From Eledone cirrhosa (Eukaryota), in assembly GCA_964016885.1 (NCBI GenBank), contig OZ024742.1, forward strand, positions 89,900,001 through 89,964,000: a stretch of DNA of 64,000 nt, read 5' to 3'. The notes under the pieces were generated by a model, which was given only the letters and a program-made list of their open reading frames with translations, was not told where the DNA came from and searched no databases. Made by a program: the position numbers and the translations under genes. Positions 1-13,576 of the stretch are shown in pieces; position 1 is the first letter of the stretch; each line of letters opens with the position of its first letter.

Positions 1-53
1 TGACCGGTTTCAGTACGAATCCGGTGATATCATCAGGTAATCGAAATATAACA
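1..53 (-). ncRNA. Type I hammerhead ribozyme (cut by window edge)
   Basis: Minus strand reads CTGATGA-tatcaccggattcgtact-GAAA-CCGG-TC, with a palindromic minimal stem III. Confidence 0.6.
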
Positions 54-589
54 AAGGAATATAATAGACAAAATCCATGGGGCTGAAAATATTTTCAGGG
101 CTTTTGGGATTCACTTTGGATATTCAGACTCGAACATACACTAGGTATCACCTGATACCATTCCTACTCTTCCATCCTGTATATCTATATGTATAACATT
201 GCATTCTCCAACCGTGCTATATATTGCCCATTTACTGCACCTTGATCTGTATTTTATTTCTTCTGTATTGTGATTTCTTCTATGTTCTTATATACTTCCT
301 TTTTACTCCCTACATCACCACCCTAGGTATGACTGTATTTTGTATTTTACTTATGGTATTACTTATGCATTTATTTACTCCCTTTACTCTCATTATATAC
401 GTATCCTTGTACTCATTAGCACACGACCCTATAATATTGCTCTCTGTACCCTTATATCTGTCTATCTTTATTTACTCCCCCTACCCACCCAGGTATCATA
501 CTACATATAACCGGACTAACTATAGTCTATTTGCACATTTCATCAGATTTTATCACTTTCAACTTCACATCACGGGTGTGAATAACTAA

Positions 590-1085
590 TAATCGTTTGG
601 TACACGCGATGATCCGACTGATGTGGCGGCTTTTCCGACAGCACACCAGTCGCTTGGGTCGATCAGCCTTCCTTGAGTGCTTGGAAAAATAAATTTCCCC
701 TTCTTTCGGTAAACGAAAATACTCGGAACGGCTGCTTCGCCCTGGGGCCCTGTCGGACTTGGAACCCGCCTCGACACCGGTTATTGACTGCCAAACAGTA
801 CCTTTAAATTCTAGGCTTAATCATAACTTTTAATTTTATCTGGCCTCCTTCTACTAGCACTTAACTAAATCCCCCACCAGTGTGAATCACTAGTAGTCGT
901 TTGTTATATACGATGTCCGGCGGACGGTGGCGGACTTCCCGCTGGCACACCCGACGCTTAAGACAGTTAACATTCCTGGGGTGCGCGGAAAAATAAATGT
1001 CCATTTCTTTCGCTATACAATAATACTCGGAACGGCTAACACGCCGTTGGGCCCCGGGCTGGTCGGGGGTACGCTACGTCGCTAA
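590..1085. ncRNA. Two diverged tandem copies of an unidentified GC-rich structured RNA motif
   Basis: Copies at ~590-780 and ~893-1085 share gtggcgg, cacacc, ggaaaaataaat and atactcggaacggct, and keep the same helices despite substitutions. Confidence 0.5.
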
Positions 1086-1621
1086 GCATGGGTTTAATCT
1101 TTACTCTGTATTTTACCCTGAAACTTTATCGTGACTATCTATAATACACTTAAACTTTTTCATAACAGCCTCCTTCTGTAAATTCTTTAACTAAATCTCA
1201 CAACTTCAAACTTAAACCTTATTTTTCTAATTTCATCTTAAATGTCATCTTCTAACTCTAAACATAAATTTAACGTTTCTAATTGTTAATCGAAATTTCT
1301 GTCCATACATTATACCATGCAGACGCCCACTATATATTACTAAATATAGTATTGTTAAGATATATGTTCTTTGATAAAATATTTTTCGCGGCACTTCTAG
1401 CACGCATGACCAGCTTGATTGTGACCTGACTTCAACGCTGGCCTCTGTCTTTGAAGGGATAGTAGTATTACACTATAAACCTACGCCCCTTCACAAAATA
1501 GTCATATGTAGGCTTAATAATGACCACATGAGGGCGGCCGACTGGGGTAGAAGGTGATAAATGTTCGGTCGCCTTCATGTCCCTGATTTTCAGCCTCATG
1601 GATTTTGTCTATTATATTCCT

Positions 1622-1690
1622 CTGTTATATTTCGATTAGCTGATGATGTCACCGGATTTATTCTGAACCCGGTCATTGAAATGATAATAG
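1622..1690 (+). ncRNA. Type I hammerhead ribozyme, mutated (GAAC for GAAA)
   Basis: CTGATGA at 1640-1646, GAAC-CCGG-TC at 1665-1674, and stem I atttcgat/attgaaat extended by ctgttat/ataatag. Confidence 0.55.
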
Positions 1691-1880
1691 TATAATAAAC
1701 CTTTTAATGAATTACACAAGTCCAGCCTCTGTAATTTTATAATAATTAACTCCGTACTCGCAACACCAACTACACAAACGAAGACGGGTGAGTTACATTA
1801 CGTTGAGTGCTCTCCATAATATTACATCGAGGTTGACGATACGGAATGACCAGTTCTATCCAGTGGTGAACCAACAAACC

Positions 1881-1926
<46 letters not shown>

Positions 1927-2047
1927 GGAGGTGAGTTTTATTGTAGTACAATAAAGCAATGCAGATATCGGATAAGAAGCACTCTACAGTTTGTAGGACT
2001 GGAGTATACGTAATATAAGATCAAAAGATGGTTAAAGGAGTTCCATG

Positions 2048-2117
2048 TATTTTATTATGCGCATTTCAAAAACAAACATCATCATGCAATAATATTTGTG
2101 TTTTCATCAGATAAAAC
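2048..2117 (-). ncRNA. Type I hammerhead ribozyme
   Basis: Inverted copy of 5380-5449. Confidence 0.85.
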
Positions 2118-5100
2118 AGGAGAACATGATATGAAGGCTAAAAAACACTTGTGGATAGTGCAGTTTTAAATCAACATATGAAAAGTGGTTTTAGATTGAT
2201 GTGTGATATTGGAAAAAATATTTTATTTAGAGAGGGGGGGGTGGAAAGGATGAAAAAGGGGAGGAGATGAGAGGGAGAGATGGGTGATAGAGAGAAAGAG
2301 ATAGTTTTTATAACTGAGAGAAGATATATTGTTTTACATAGAGAGGTTGAAAACCGTTGGAAGATAATGTATAAATTAAAAGAATTTGAAAATTAACGAA
2401 GGGAAAGATATGTACGAGGAAAAAATATTTTATTTAGAGAGGTGGGATGGAAAGGATGAAAAAAGGGGGAGGAGATGAGAGTGAAGGTGGAGAGGGAGAG
2501 ATGGGTGATAGAGAGAAAGAGATAGTTTTTATAACTGAGAAAAATATATTGTTTTACATAGAGAGGTTGAGAACCGTTGGAAGATAAAAGAATTTAAAAA
2601 TTAACGAAGGGAAAAATATTTGCGAGGAAAGAGAGGGAGTTGATGTATGAAGATAGAGGGAAAAAAATAATAATTGTGGATGAATATTCTAACGTCAAAA
2701 AGGTGTATGTTGATAAGTATTATGGCAATTTCAAAATTAACGAAGAGAAAAAATTATTAAGGTTTGTGTGTAGAAGGATTTGAGAAAAATAATGTGAAGT
2801 TAAAGTTTGTATATTGAAGGAATTGATAATATGTGCGAAGAAAGAGTTAATATGTATTAAGAACGAGTTCGTTGATGGGGAGAAAAAAATAATAAATTAA
2901 GGATGAAATTGAGATTAAAAAGTGTTATGATAGAGAGAAAAAATAATAATAATTGCGGATGAATATTCTAACGTCAAAAAAACAAATGTATATGTTATGA
3001 AGGATTTTACAAGGTGAAGATAGAAAGAGGGTAATGAGTAAACAAGTATTATAGAGTGTATAATGCCCTTTGAAGTAAGGTAGGAAGATGGGTATATTTT
3101 AAAGAGGTGTATGTATATGTGCCTTTGAGAAAAGATTCTAAATTGATAAAGAATTGAATATTAACTGTATACTTTGTGAAAAGTCCTATGGAATTTATGC
3201 AGGCAGATAGAAAACAAATCTGTACGTCTATTTATTATAGAATCTAGATTAGAGATAATGGTAAATTTTTCATTTAGGCAGAGATTACAGATTTTAGATA
3301 GAGAGCTGTTCAAGTATGAGGATGCAGAAGAAACCTTCTTCCAAAAGATGGTATATTTAATGTTTTTGTCTTTCAAGGACCATATGAGTTCTGAGAGAGC
3401 CGTGTTGGTTCTTTTCAGTTTGTATTTGAAAGATGAATGGTGATTATAGAGACGAGCTTTAAAAGAGGTGGAAGTGGAGCCAAAATAGGTGAAGGAATTG
3501 GTGCTAGTTATAACTTTACATTCATAAATTAAGTTTTTATCAAGACAATGGTTGTTGAGAGGACATTTATTTTTAATGCGGCAGTTGCAATTAGAGAGAT
3601 TATTAATGAGTGACCTAGTGTTATCTATAGAAGGAATTGGATTGGAGAAGTTGTTTGCGATAGGAATAATAGGAATAATAGTTTCTTGATTTAGAGTTGG
3701 ATTATGAACATTTAGCGAAGTTGTGTTTGACGTTGTATTTGGGTTTACAGAAGTTAGCCTAGGGTTTACAATGACGTCGGGAGTATTATTACTGCTATTA
3801 TGAAATTCAATGTTGGAAGGAAGAGATTTAGTATTTAGTATTTTATTGTTGTGTTTAGAGATGATGTTGGAAATATTGGAGGATGTAGAATAAGAAAATT
3901 TGATGGTGTGTTTGTTAAATATTTTACTATAGATATGTGAGGGAGGGAAGCATTTATTTAAGGCACTAAAAAATAATTTAGGAATATTGTTATTAATAGA
4001 GATGGAGAAAGGAGCATTATACCAGATTATGTTTTTGTATCTAGGTCTTTTATTAAAATTATTGGAATGATCATGATTAATTATTCTACTGTAAGTTTTT
4101 CTAGAATTTGTTTCTTTACTATATTTGATTTTATCTGGATAGCCGGCTTTAGAAAGTGCGTTATTATAGTAATTGGCGTTAGCATCAAAGATGTTTTTAT
4201 TAGAAGATATGTTAGATATTCTTTTTCCAATATTACTAACTATAGCATTCTATTATAACCAATTCAACTAAAGACATTCCTATACATTCTATCTGCCTGC
4301 ATAAATTCGATAGGACTTTTCACAAAGTATACAGTTAATATTCAATTCTTTATCAATTTAGAATCCTTTCTCAAAGGCACATATACATACACCTCTTTAA
4401 AATATACCCATCTTCCTACCTTACTTCAAAGGGCATTATACACTCTATAATACTTGTTTACTCAGTACCCTCTTTCTATCTTCACCTTGTAAAATCCTTC
4501 ATAACATATACATTTGTTTTTTTTGACGTTAGAATATTTATCCGCAATTATTATTATTTTTTCTCTCTATCATAAAACTTTTTAATCTCAATTTCATCCT
4601 TAATTTATTATTTTTTTCTCCCCATCAACGAACTCATTCTTAATATATATTAACTCTTTCTTCGCACATATTATCAATTCCTTCAATATACAAACTTTAA
4701 CTTCACATTATTTTTCTCAAATCCTTAATAATTTTTTCTCTTAGTTAATTTTGAAATTGCCACAATACTTATCAACATACACCTTTTTGACGTTAGAATA
4801 TTCATCCACAATTATTATTTTTTTCTCTCTATCTTCATACATAAACTCCCTCTCTTTCCTCGCAAATATTTTTCCCTTCGTTAATTTTCAAACTCTTTTA
4901 ATTTATACATTATCTTCCAACGGTTCTCAACCTCTCTATGTAAAACAATATATCTTTTCTCAGTTATAAAAACTATCTCTTTCTCTCTATCACCCATCTC
5001 TCCCTCTCCACCTTCACTCTCATCTCCTCCCTCTTTTTTCATCCTTTCCACCCACCCTCCCTAAATAAAATATTTTTTCCTCGTACATATCTTTCCCTTC

Positions 5101-5379
5101 GTTAATTTTCAAATTCTTTTAATTTATACATTATCTTCCAACGGTTTTCAACCTCTCTATGTAAAACAATATATCTTCTCTCAGTTATAAAAACTATCTC
5201 TTTCTCTCTATCACCCATCTCTCCCTCTCATCTCCTCCCCTTTTTCATCCTTTCCACCCCCCCTCTCTAAATAAAATATTTTTCCCAATATCACACATCA
5301 ATCTAAAACCACTTTTCATATGTTGATTTAAAACTGCACTATCCACAAGTGTTTTTTAGCCTTCATATCATGTTCTCCT

Positions 5380-5449
5380 GTTTTATCTGATGAAAACACA
5401 AATATTATTGCATGATGATGTTTGTTTTTGAAATGCGCATAATAAAATA
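5380..5449 (+). ncRNA. Type I hammerhead ribozyme
   Basis: TTTTAT-CTGATGA-(stem II acaaatattatt/gatgatgtttgt)-GAAA-TGCGCA-TA-ATAAAA. Predicted AUA cleavage after 5441. Confidence 0.88.
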
Positions 5450-5593
5450 CATGGAACTCCTTTAACCATCTTTTGATCTTATATTACGTATACTCCAGTC
5501 CTACAAACTGTAGAGTGCTTCTTATCCGATATCTGCATTGCTTTATTGTACTACAATAAAACTCACCTCCTACATTAACTTGCTCCTTAACGG

Positions 5594-8055
5594 TTGAGCG
5601 CTTACTCTCATATTGGATACCTTTTGATGGTCTTTTACCTCTTCTTCTACAACACGGATTATTACAACATAACCAATTCAACTAAAGACATTCCTATACC
5701 TGGTAAATCTGAATTCACCAAACTTCTTATTGAAAAAACTGACTCCTTCATAAGAAGACTTAGATGGACAGCCTATTTCTATGACCAGCGCCTAAAAGGG
5801 AACTTCCATACCAAAGAACATAACTTCCTCGATCATCTATTTAATTCTAGACGAAATCCTCCTTCCAACAAAAATCTAGTACAATTCGAGGAAGAATTAA
5901 CTGAAATAATAAAAAATCTTAAATTCAAGAGATACCCTTACAAAGGACAAGAGCACCTTGTAAATCTCAAGAACACAATTTCTAACCTAAATTCCTCAAA
6001 AAATGTTTTAGTCCACTCTGACAAAACCAATAACTTATATGGTATTTCCAAGGATAATTATAACAACCTTATCCTAAAGGAACTAAGGAAAAAGTATCGT
6101 AAAACCAACCATGAAAATTTAGAATACATAAACCTTGAAGCCTCTGAGATTATGTCAAAACTTAGCATTGAAAAAAAGACCGAACCATTCCTCCCAAGGT
6201 CTCCGAGGATAAATCTCAAGGATCACAAAAACAATTTTCGCACTGAACTACCTGTTAGATTAATCGCCCCCTCTAAATCTGATCTGGGGGTTGTTAGTAA
6301 AGCCATCTTGGATAGAATTATCCCACAGGTTAGTTCTAATTGCTCTTCTTTGAACTTAAATTTATGGTTTGGTACTTCTGAAGTGATTGGCTGGTTCAAC
6401 AAATTGGATAATAAAAACAAACTAAAATTTATTCAATTTGATATTGCCAGCTACTATTCCTCCATTTCGCCTTCACTTCTCAATAATGCTCTATCTTTCG
6501 CACTTAAATATGCTGACATCACCACAGATGAACTTCACATCATCCTCGCCGCACGTAAAACCATCCTAGAGTTCAACAACGAATATTGGACCAGAGCCGA
6601 TACCTCTAACAACTTCGACATCACAATGGGAGCATCCGATTCATCCCAATTGACTGATTTAATTGGTATCTTTATTTTGAACTCTTTGAGTCGGAAAATT
6701 CCTCAACTTCGCGGTGGAATTTATCGTGACGATGGACTCTTTACTATCTTAAATTGCAATATAGTTAACCTTAATATTATTAAGAACAATATACGTAATC
6801 TCTTTAACCAACATAACCTAAAAATTAAATTTGATAATAGTATCAAACTAGCTAATTTCTTGGATGTATCTCTTAATCTTGACACTGGCCTATATTACCC
6901 TTACCATAAGAACATGAGAACCTAAATTATGTTAACTTTAAATCTAACCATCCTACCAATATCAAGAATGCTATAGTTAGTAATATTGGAAAAAGAATAT
7001 CTAACATATCTTCTAATAAAAACATCTTTGATGCTAACGCCAATTACTATAATAACGCACTTTCTAAAGCCGGCTATCCAGATAAAATCAAATATAGTAA
7101 AGAAACAAATTCTAGAAAAACTTACAGTAGAATAATTAATCATGATCATTCCAATAATTTTAATAAAAGACCTAGATACAAAAACATAATCTGGTATAAT
7201 GCTCCTTTCTCCATCTCTATTAATAACAATATTCCTAAATTATTTTTTAGTGCCTTAAATAAATGCTTCTCTCCCTCACATATCTATAGTAAAATATTTA
7301 ACAAACACACCATCAAATTTTCTTATTCTACATCCTCCAATATTTCCAACATCATCTCTAAACACAACAATAAAATACTAAATACTAAATCTCTTCCTTC
7401 CAACATTGAATTTCATAATAACAGTAATAATACTCCCGACGTCATTGTAAACCCTAGGCTAACTTCTGTAAACCCAAATACAACGTCAAACACAACTTCG
7501 CTAAATGTTCATAATCCAACTCTAAATCAAGAAACTATTATTCCTATTATTCCTATCGCAAACAACTTCTCCAATCCAATTCCTTCTATAGATAACACTA
7601 GGTCACTCATTAATAATCTCTCTAATTGCAACTACCGCATTAAAAATAAATGTCCTCTCAACAACCATTGTCTTGATAAAAACTTAATTTATGAATGTAA
7701 AGTTATAACTAGCACCAATTCCTTCACCTATTTTGGCTCCACTTCCACCTCTTTTAAAGCTCGTCTCTATAATCACCATTCATCTTTCAAATACAAACTT
7801 AAAAGAACCAACACGGCTCTCTCAGCACTCATATGGTCCTTGAAAGACAAAAACATTAAATATACCATCTTTTGGAAGAAGGTTTCTTCTGCATCCTCAT
7901 ACTTGAACAGCTCTCTATCTAAAATCTGTAATCTCTGCCTAAATGAAAAATTTACCATTATCTCTAATCTAGATTCTATAATAAATAGACGTACAGATTT
8001 GTTTTCTATCTGCCTGCATAAATTCCATAGGACTTTTCACAAAGTATACAGTTAA
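5594..8055 (+). pseudogene. Penelope-like RT-GIY-YIG polyprotein with one frameshift near 6913
   Basis: Motifs STKDIPIP, FIRRLRW, QFDIASYY, ITMGA, YRDD and FLDV. A second frame is open 6916-8055 with SNHP, WYNAPF, IYECK..YFGST, CNLCLNEK and CLH. The first ATG is at 5627. Confidence 0.9.
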
Positions 8056-9112
8056 TATTCAATTCTTTATCAATTTAGAATCTTTTCTCAAAGGCACATA
8101 TACATACACCTCTTTAAAATATACCCATCTTCCTACCTTACTTCAAAGGGCATTATACACTCTATAATACTTGTTTACTCATTACCCTCTTTCTATCTTC
8201 ACCTTGTAAAATCCTTCATAACATATACATTTGTTTTTTTGACGTTAGAATATTCATCCGCAATTATTATTATTTTTTCTCTCTATCATAAAACTTTTTA
8301 ATCTCAATTTCATCCTTAATTTATTATTTTTTTCTCCCCATCAACGAACTCATTCTTAATACATATTAGCTCTTTCTTCGCACATATTATCAATTCCTTC
8401 AATATACAAACTTTAACTTCACATTATTTTTCTCAAATCCTTCTACACACAAACCTTAATAATTTTTTCTCTTCGTTAATTTTGAAATTGCTACAATACT
8501 TATCAACATACACCTTTTTGACGTTAGAATATTCATCCACAATTATTATTTTTTTCTCTCTATCTTCATACATCAACTCCCTCTCTTTCCTCGCAAATAT
8601 TTTTCCCTTCGTTAATTTTCAAATTCTTTTAATTTATACATTATCTTCCAACGGTTCTCAACCTCTCTATGTAAAACAATATATCTTTTCTCAGTTATAA
8701 AAACTATCTCTTTCTCTCTATCACCCATCTCTCCCTCTCCACCTTCACTCTCATCTCCTCCCCCTTTTTTCATCCTTTCCACCCCCCCCTCCCTAAATAA
8801 AATATTTTTTCCTCGTACATATCTTTCCCTTCGTTAATTTTCAAATTCTTTTAATTTATACATTATCTTCCAACGGTTTTCAACCTCTCTATGTAAAACA
8901 ATATATCTTCTCTCAGTTATAAAAACTATCTCTTTCTCTCTATCACCCATCTCTCCCTCTCATCTCCTCCCCTTTTTCATCCTTTCCACCCCCCCCTCTC
9001 TAAATAAAATATTTTTCCCAATATCACACATCAATCTAAAACCACTTTTCATATGTTGATTTAAAACTGCACTATCCACAAGTGTTTTTTAGCCTTCATA
9101 TCATGTTCTCCT

Positions 9113-9182
9113 GTTTTATCTGATGAAAACACACATATTATTGCATGATGATGTTTGTTTTTGAAATGCGCATAATAAAATA
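9113..9182 (+). ncRNA. Type I hammerhead ribozyme
   Basis: Direct copy of 5380-5449 in the 3' pLTR. Confidence 0.85.
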
Positions 9183-9210
9183 CATGGAACTCCTTTAACC
9201 ATCTTTTGAT

Positions 9211-9256
<46 letters not shown>

Positions 9257-9539
9257 GGAAAAATTTGAACAGGGACAAAACAGAGAGGCAGTACAATGGA
9301 TGTTTATTAATTTCACGCTATGGAGAGTGGGGTGTTGGTGGGGGACGACGCTTTGGGCATAAGCCCTTCCTCAGGTGAGAAGTGTGTGGGAACAGAGTTC
9401 AAAGGGTGTGTAGGGGAGTGGTGGAGAAACATATAGCGAAAGGAAACGGTGCGAATGAAAAAAATAAAATATATATATATATATATGTAAGTATGTGTGT
9501 ATACGTACATACATATATGTATACAGACGTACAGTAGCA

Positions 9540-9629
<90 letters not shown>

Positions 9630-9788
9630 CAGGTACACATACATATATGCACGTATCAGTTTAGCGGACGCTAATTATAACGCCGCTTTGTTCGTTTGTA
9701 AACAAACTGAACAGCCTGAATTTTTATGCCGTACGGTGTTAAGGCAACCACGTCACATTTTTTTTCTTAGTTCAACACTGACACAGGA

Positions 9789-9831
9789 ACGATGTACTAG
9801 TTTCAAGCTTGTTAGCTATCATCAGCACCGT
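9789..9831 (-). ncRNA. Minimal type I hammerhead
   Basis: ACGGTG-CTGATGA-t-AGCT aaca AGCT-t-GAAA-CTAG-TA-CATCGT on the minus strand. Confidence 0.88.
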
Positions 9832-10067
9832 ATACCCATGTGCCAGATAGTTGAACGTTCGAAAGTACATACTCTCCTTATGAAAATTAACGGCTGAGCA
9901 GCCTAATTGGCATATCGAGTGAGCTAAGTCGGTCAGGCATACCGAAAACGATAAGTTGAAATAAAATGAAAATGAAATTTCATTTCTCACTCTTAGTACG
10001 GCACTTACCTAAATGTAAGTATGTATGTATACGTACATACATATATGTATACAGACGTACAGTAGCA

Positions 10068-10167
<100 letters not shown>

Positions 10168-10344
10168 CAGGTACACATACATATATGCACGTATCAGTTT
10201 AGCGGACGCTTATTATAACGCCGCTTTGTTCGTTTGTAAACATATATATATATACAGAGGTATCCACTGTAAGTTGTGGGGTCTATTCTGCATGAAGAAC
10301 TCGATGTAATCCATATGTTGAAAATGTTGTAGGTTAAGATAAAT

Positions 10345-10403
<59 letters not shown>

Positions 10404-10639
10404 TGCTACTGTACGTCTGTATACATATATGTATGTACGTATACACACATACTTACAGTTAAGTAAGTGCCGTACTAAGAGTGAGAAATGAAATTTCGTT
10501 TTCATTTTATTTCAACTTATCGTTTTCGGTATGCCTGACCGACTTAGCTCACTCGATATGCAAATTAGGCTGCTCAGCCGTTAATTTTCATAAGGAAAGT
10601 ATATACTTTCGAACGTTCAACTATCTGGCAGATGGGTAA

Positions 10640-10682
10640 ACGGTGCTGATGATAGCTAACAAGCTTGAAACTAGTACATCGT
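10640..10682 (+). ncRNA. Minimal type I hammerhead
   Basis: Same motif as 9789-9831, with GUA cleavage. Confidence 0.9.
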
Positions 10683-11094
10683 TCCTGTGTCAGTGTTGAA
10701 CAAAAAGGTGACGTGGTTGCCTTAACACCGTACGGCATAAAAATTCAGGTTGTTCAGTTTGTTTACAAACGAACAAAGCGGCGTTATAATAAGCGTCCGC
10801 TAATCTGATACGTGCATATATGTATGTGTACCTGTATGTATATATATATATATATGCATGCTACTGTACGTCTGTATACATATATGTATGTACGTATACA
10901 CACATACATACATTTAAGTAAGTGCCGTACTAAGAGTGAGAAATGAAATTTCGTTTTCATTTTATTTCAACTTATCGTTTTCGGTATGCCTGACCGACTT
11001 AGCTCACTCGATATGCCAATTAGGCTGCTCAGCCGTTAATTTTCATAAGGAAAGTATATACTTTCGAACGTTCAACTATCTGGCAGATGGGTAT

Positions 11095-11137
11095 ACGGTG
11101 CTGATGATAGCTAACAAGCTTGAAACTAGTACATCGT
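11095..11137 (+). ncRNA. Minimal type I hammerhead
   Basis: Same motif, 455 nt downstream of the 10640 copy. Confidence 0.9.
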
Positions 11138-11291
11138 TCCTGTGTCAGTGTTGAACAAAAAGGTGACGTGGTTGCATTAACACCGTACGGCATAAAAATT
11201 CAGGCTATTCAGTTTGTTTACAAACGAATAAGGCTGCGTTATAATAAGCGTCCGCCAAACTGATACGTGCATATATGTATGTGTACCTGTA

Positions 11292-11367
<76 letters not shown>

Positions 11368-11504
11368 TGCTACAGTACGTTCTGTATACATATATGTATG
11401 TACGTATACACACATACTTACATTTAAGTAAGTGCCGTACTAAGAGTGAGAAATGAAATTTCGTTTTCATTTTATTTCAACTTATATATATATATATATA
11501 TATA

Positions 11505-11545
<41 letters not shown>

Positions 11546-11550
11546 ATACC

Positions 11551-11606
<56 letters not shown>

Positions 11607-11786
11607 GGTATCCACTGTAAGTTGTGGGGTCTATTCTGCATGAAGAACTCGATGTAATCCATATGTTGAAAATGTTGTAGGTTAAGATAAATCTCGGAAA
11701 ACAATAAAACATTAAAAGGAAAACAGAGTCATGATATAAGTTAAAACAATGAAATAAAAAATCAAGTCATAAGAGATATACTTCCA

Positions 11787-11922
11787 TGCTTTACGATCGT
11801 TTCTGGATGATGATAATACATTGTAGCTATACTCAGTAATTGATCTATGTAAGGTTATTTACAAACTATCAGATAAAGAGAATATTTACTTACATGCATA
11901 TCACCAGCTGTTTTCAAAAGCA
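11787..11922 (-). ncRNA. Variant hammerhead (UUGAAAA core, long stem II)
   Basis: Inverted copy of 15019-15158. Confidence 0.55.
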
Positions 11923-13204
11923 ATAATAATTTTATTCAATAATGATTTTATTCAGAATTAGTAGTATGTTAGTATCATGTACTTATTTGGAGTTAGTTGA
12001 AGAACTAACGAATCGAATTGTTTTTTTCATATGGTGTTAAGATGAAAAGTAATATACTTTAGTTGAAGAAAAGTAATATACTTTAGTTGATGTCAAAAGT
12101 AATATACTTTAGTTGAGGTCAAACTATTGGACAAATCCCAAAAAAATTCTTTGAAATTCTACATAAACATTTTCCACCAAACCACAGATACCACCAAATA
12201 TTTAACAAATATACTGTTAAATTCTCATACTCTACATCAAGCAATCTCAAACAAAAAATAAGCAACTACAACATTTATAAATTTTAAAATAATATGACTA
12301 CACCACCGCAGCATAAAAAGGCAAATAATACAATCCTTCAACCTAGAAAACACAACCACCCAAATCACCAAAACAAAAACAACAGAACACAAAATCACAA
12401 TACAACCCTAACACCAAACCACCCACAAAGCAACCTTCATTCTCCTGCTACCATTAATTACAATAGAAATAGCTCAAGGATTAAGGAGAATAATATAGGC
12501 ACCCCTAATAACCATCTTACGTATGGCTGTAATTGCAGAAATAGAAGCATTTGCCCTTAAATGGAAACTGTTTGATTGATAATGTAAGATATAAATGCAC
12601 TGTGTCTACTACAGACTCCAACAAAACATATATAGGATCTACATCAAACACATTTATAAAAAGATTTTACGCACACTCTAGTAGTTTCAACAATACTAAA
12701 CTAGCTAACACCACATCTTTAGCTGAAGCGGTAAATAATTATAAAAAGAAAAAAATAGATTTCAAGTTATCATGGGACACCAATCTACAAAGAACTCCAT
12801 ATCTTGGGAACAGGAGGGAATGCAGATTATGTTCAGGGGATATCTTGGAAATTACTAAATCTAAGGACGATTTATTAAATAAAAGACAGGAATTGATCAT
12901 AGTTTGTAATCACCGTATACGAAAAACATTTAAATACTATAAACCTAATTAAATATTCTAAATAACAACTCACTATAATTCCATATAGAGTAACATGTAT
13001 TAGTACCTCTTTCCCCTAATTATATGCATTCATGCTTAACTTTTGCCTTTTAATGTTTTAGCTTCCTTAGATTTATGCGTTAATGACTAATGGCAACAAG
13101 ATACACAACCACCCGTAATTGCATGAGTAAATATATATCTATGTATGATATGGAAATATATTTATGTGTGGGAATGTATATATATGTATATGTTTGTATA
13201 TGTA

Positions 13205-13235
<31 letters not shown>

Positions 13236-13509
13236 TTGTATATTTGTGTATGTATGTATGTGTATGTATGTATATATATATACATGTGTGAATATATATA
13301 TATATGTATATATATATATGTGTGTGTTTGTATGTGTGTATGTGTGAGTATAAGTGTATGAGTGTTTATGTGTGAGTATGTGCACATGTATGAGGAGTGT
13401 ACATATACTCACACATGTATATATGTATATATATGTGTATGGGTGTGTGTGTCTATGTATATATATGTGTATGTATATGTATGTCTATATATATATAAAT
13501 ATATATATC

Positions 13510-13576
<67 letters not shown>

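Larger units (their letters stand above)
1..1882 (+). mobile_element. Penelope-like element 3' UTR/pseudo-LTR remnant (no ORF) with an inverted terminal copy
   Basis: 1-101 is the reverse complement of 1581-1675. Both copies carry a hammerhead core, and the element ends in (TA)n at 1885. Confidence 0.6.
1923..9215 (+). mobile_element. Penelope-like retroelement (Naiad-type) with an inverted 3' copy (1923-4250), an upstream tandem pLTR (4287-5575), the ORF, and a 3' pLTR (8056-9215)
   Basis: Near-identical repeats, an RT plus GIY-YIG ORF, three hammerheads, and (TA)n on both flanks. Confidence 0.92.

Noticed and set aside
7620-8055. Selenoprotein-type Naiad (in-frame TGA at conserved Cys)
   Set aside because: The Cys motifs I read here and at ~12530, ~43860, ~54840, ~58620 and ~62350 use TGT/TGC (one TAC). 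I saw no TGA and no SECIS.
9325-9382. Hammerhead on the minus strand (CTGAGGA, GGGC/GCCC)
   Set aside because: GAAA is replaced by AAAG and there is no stem I partner. At best a decayed motif.
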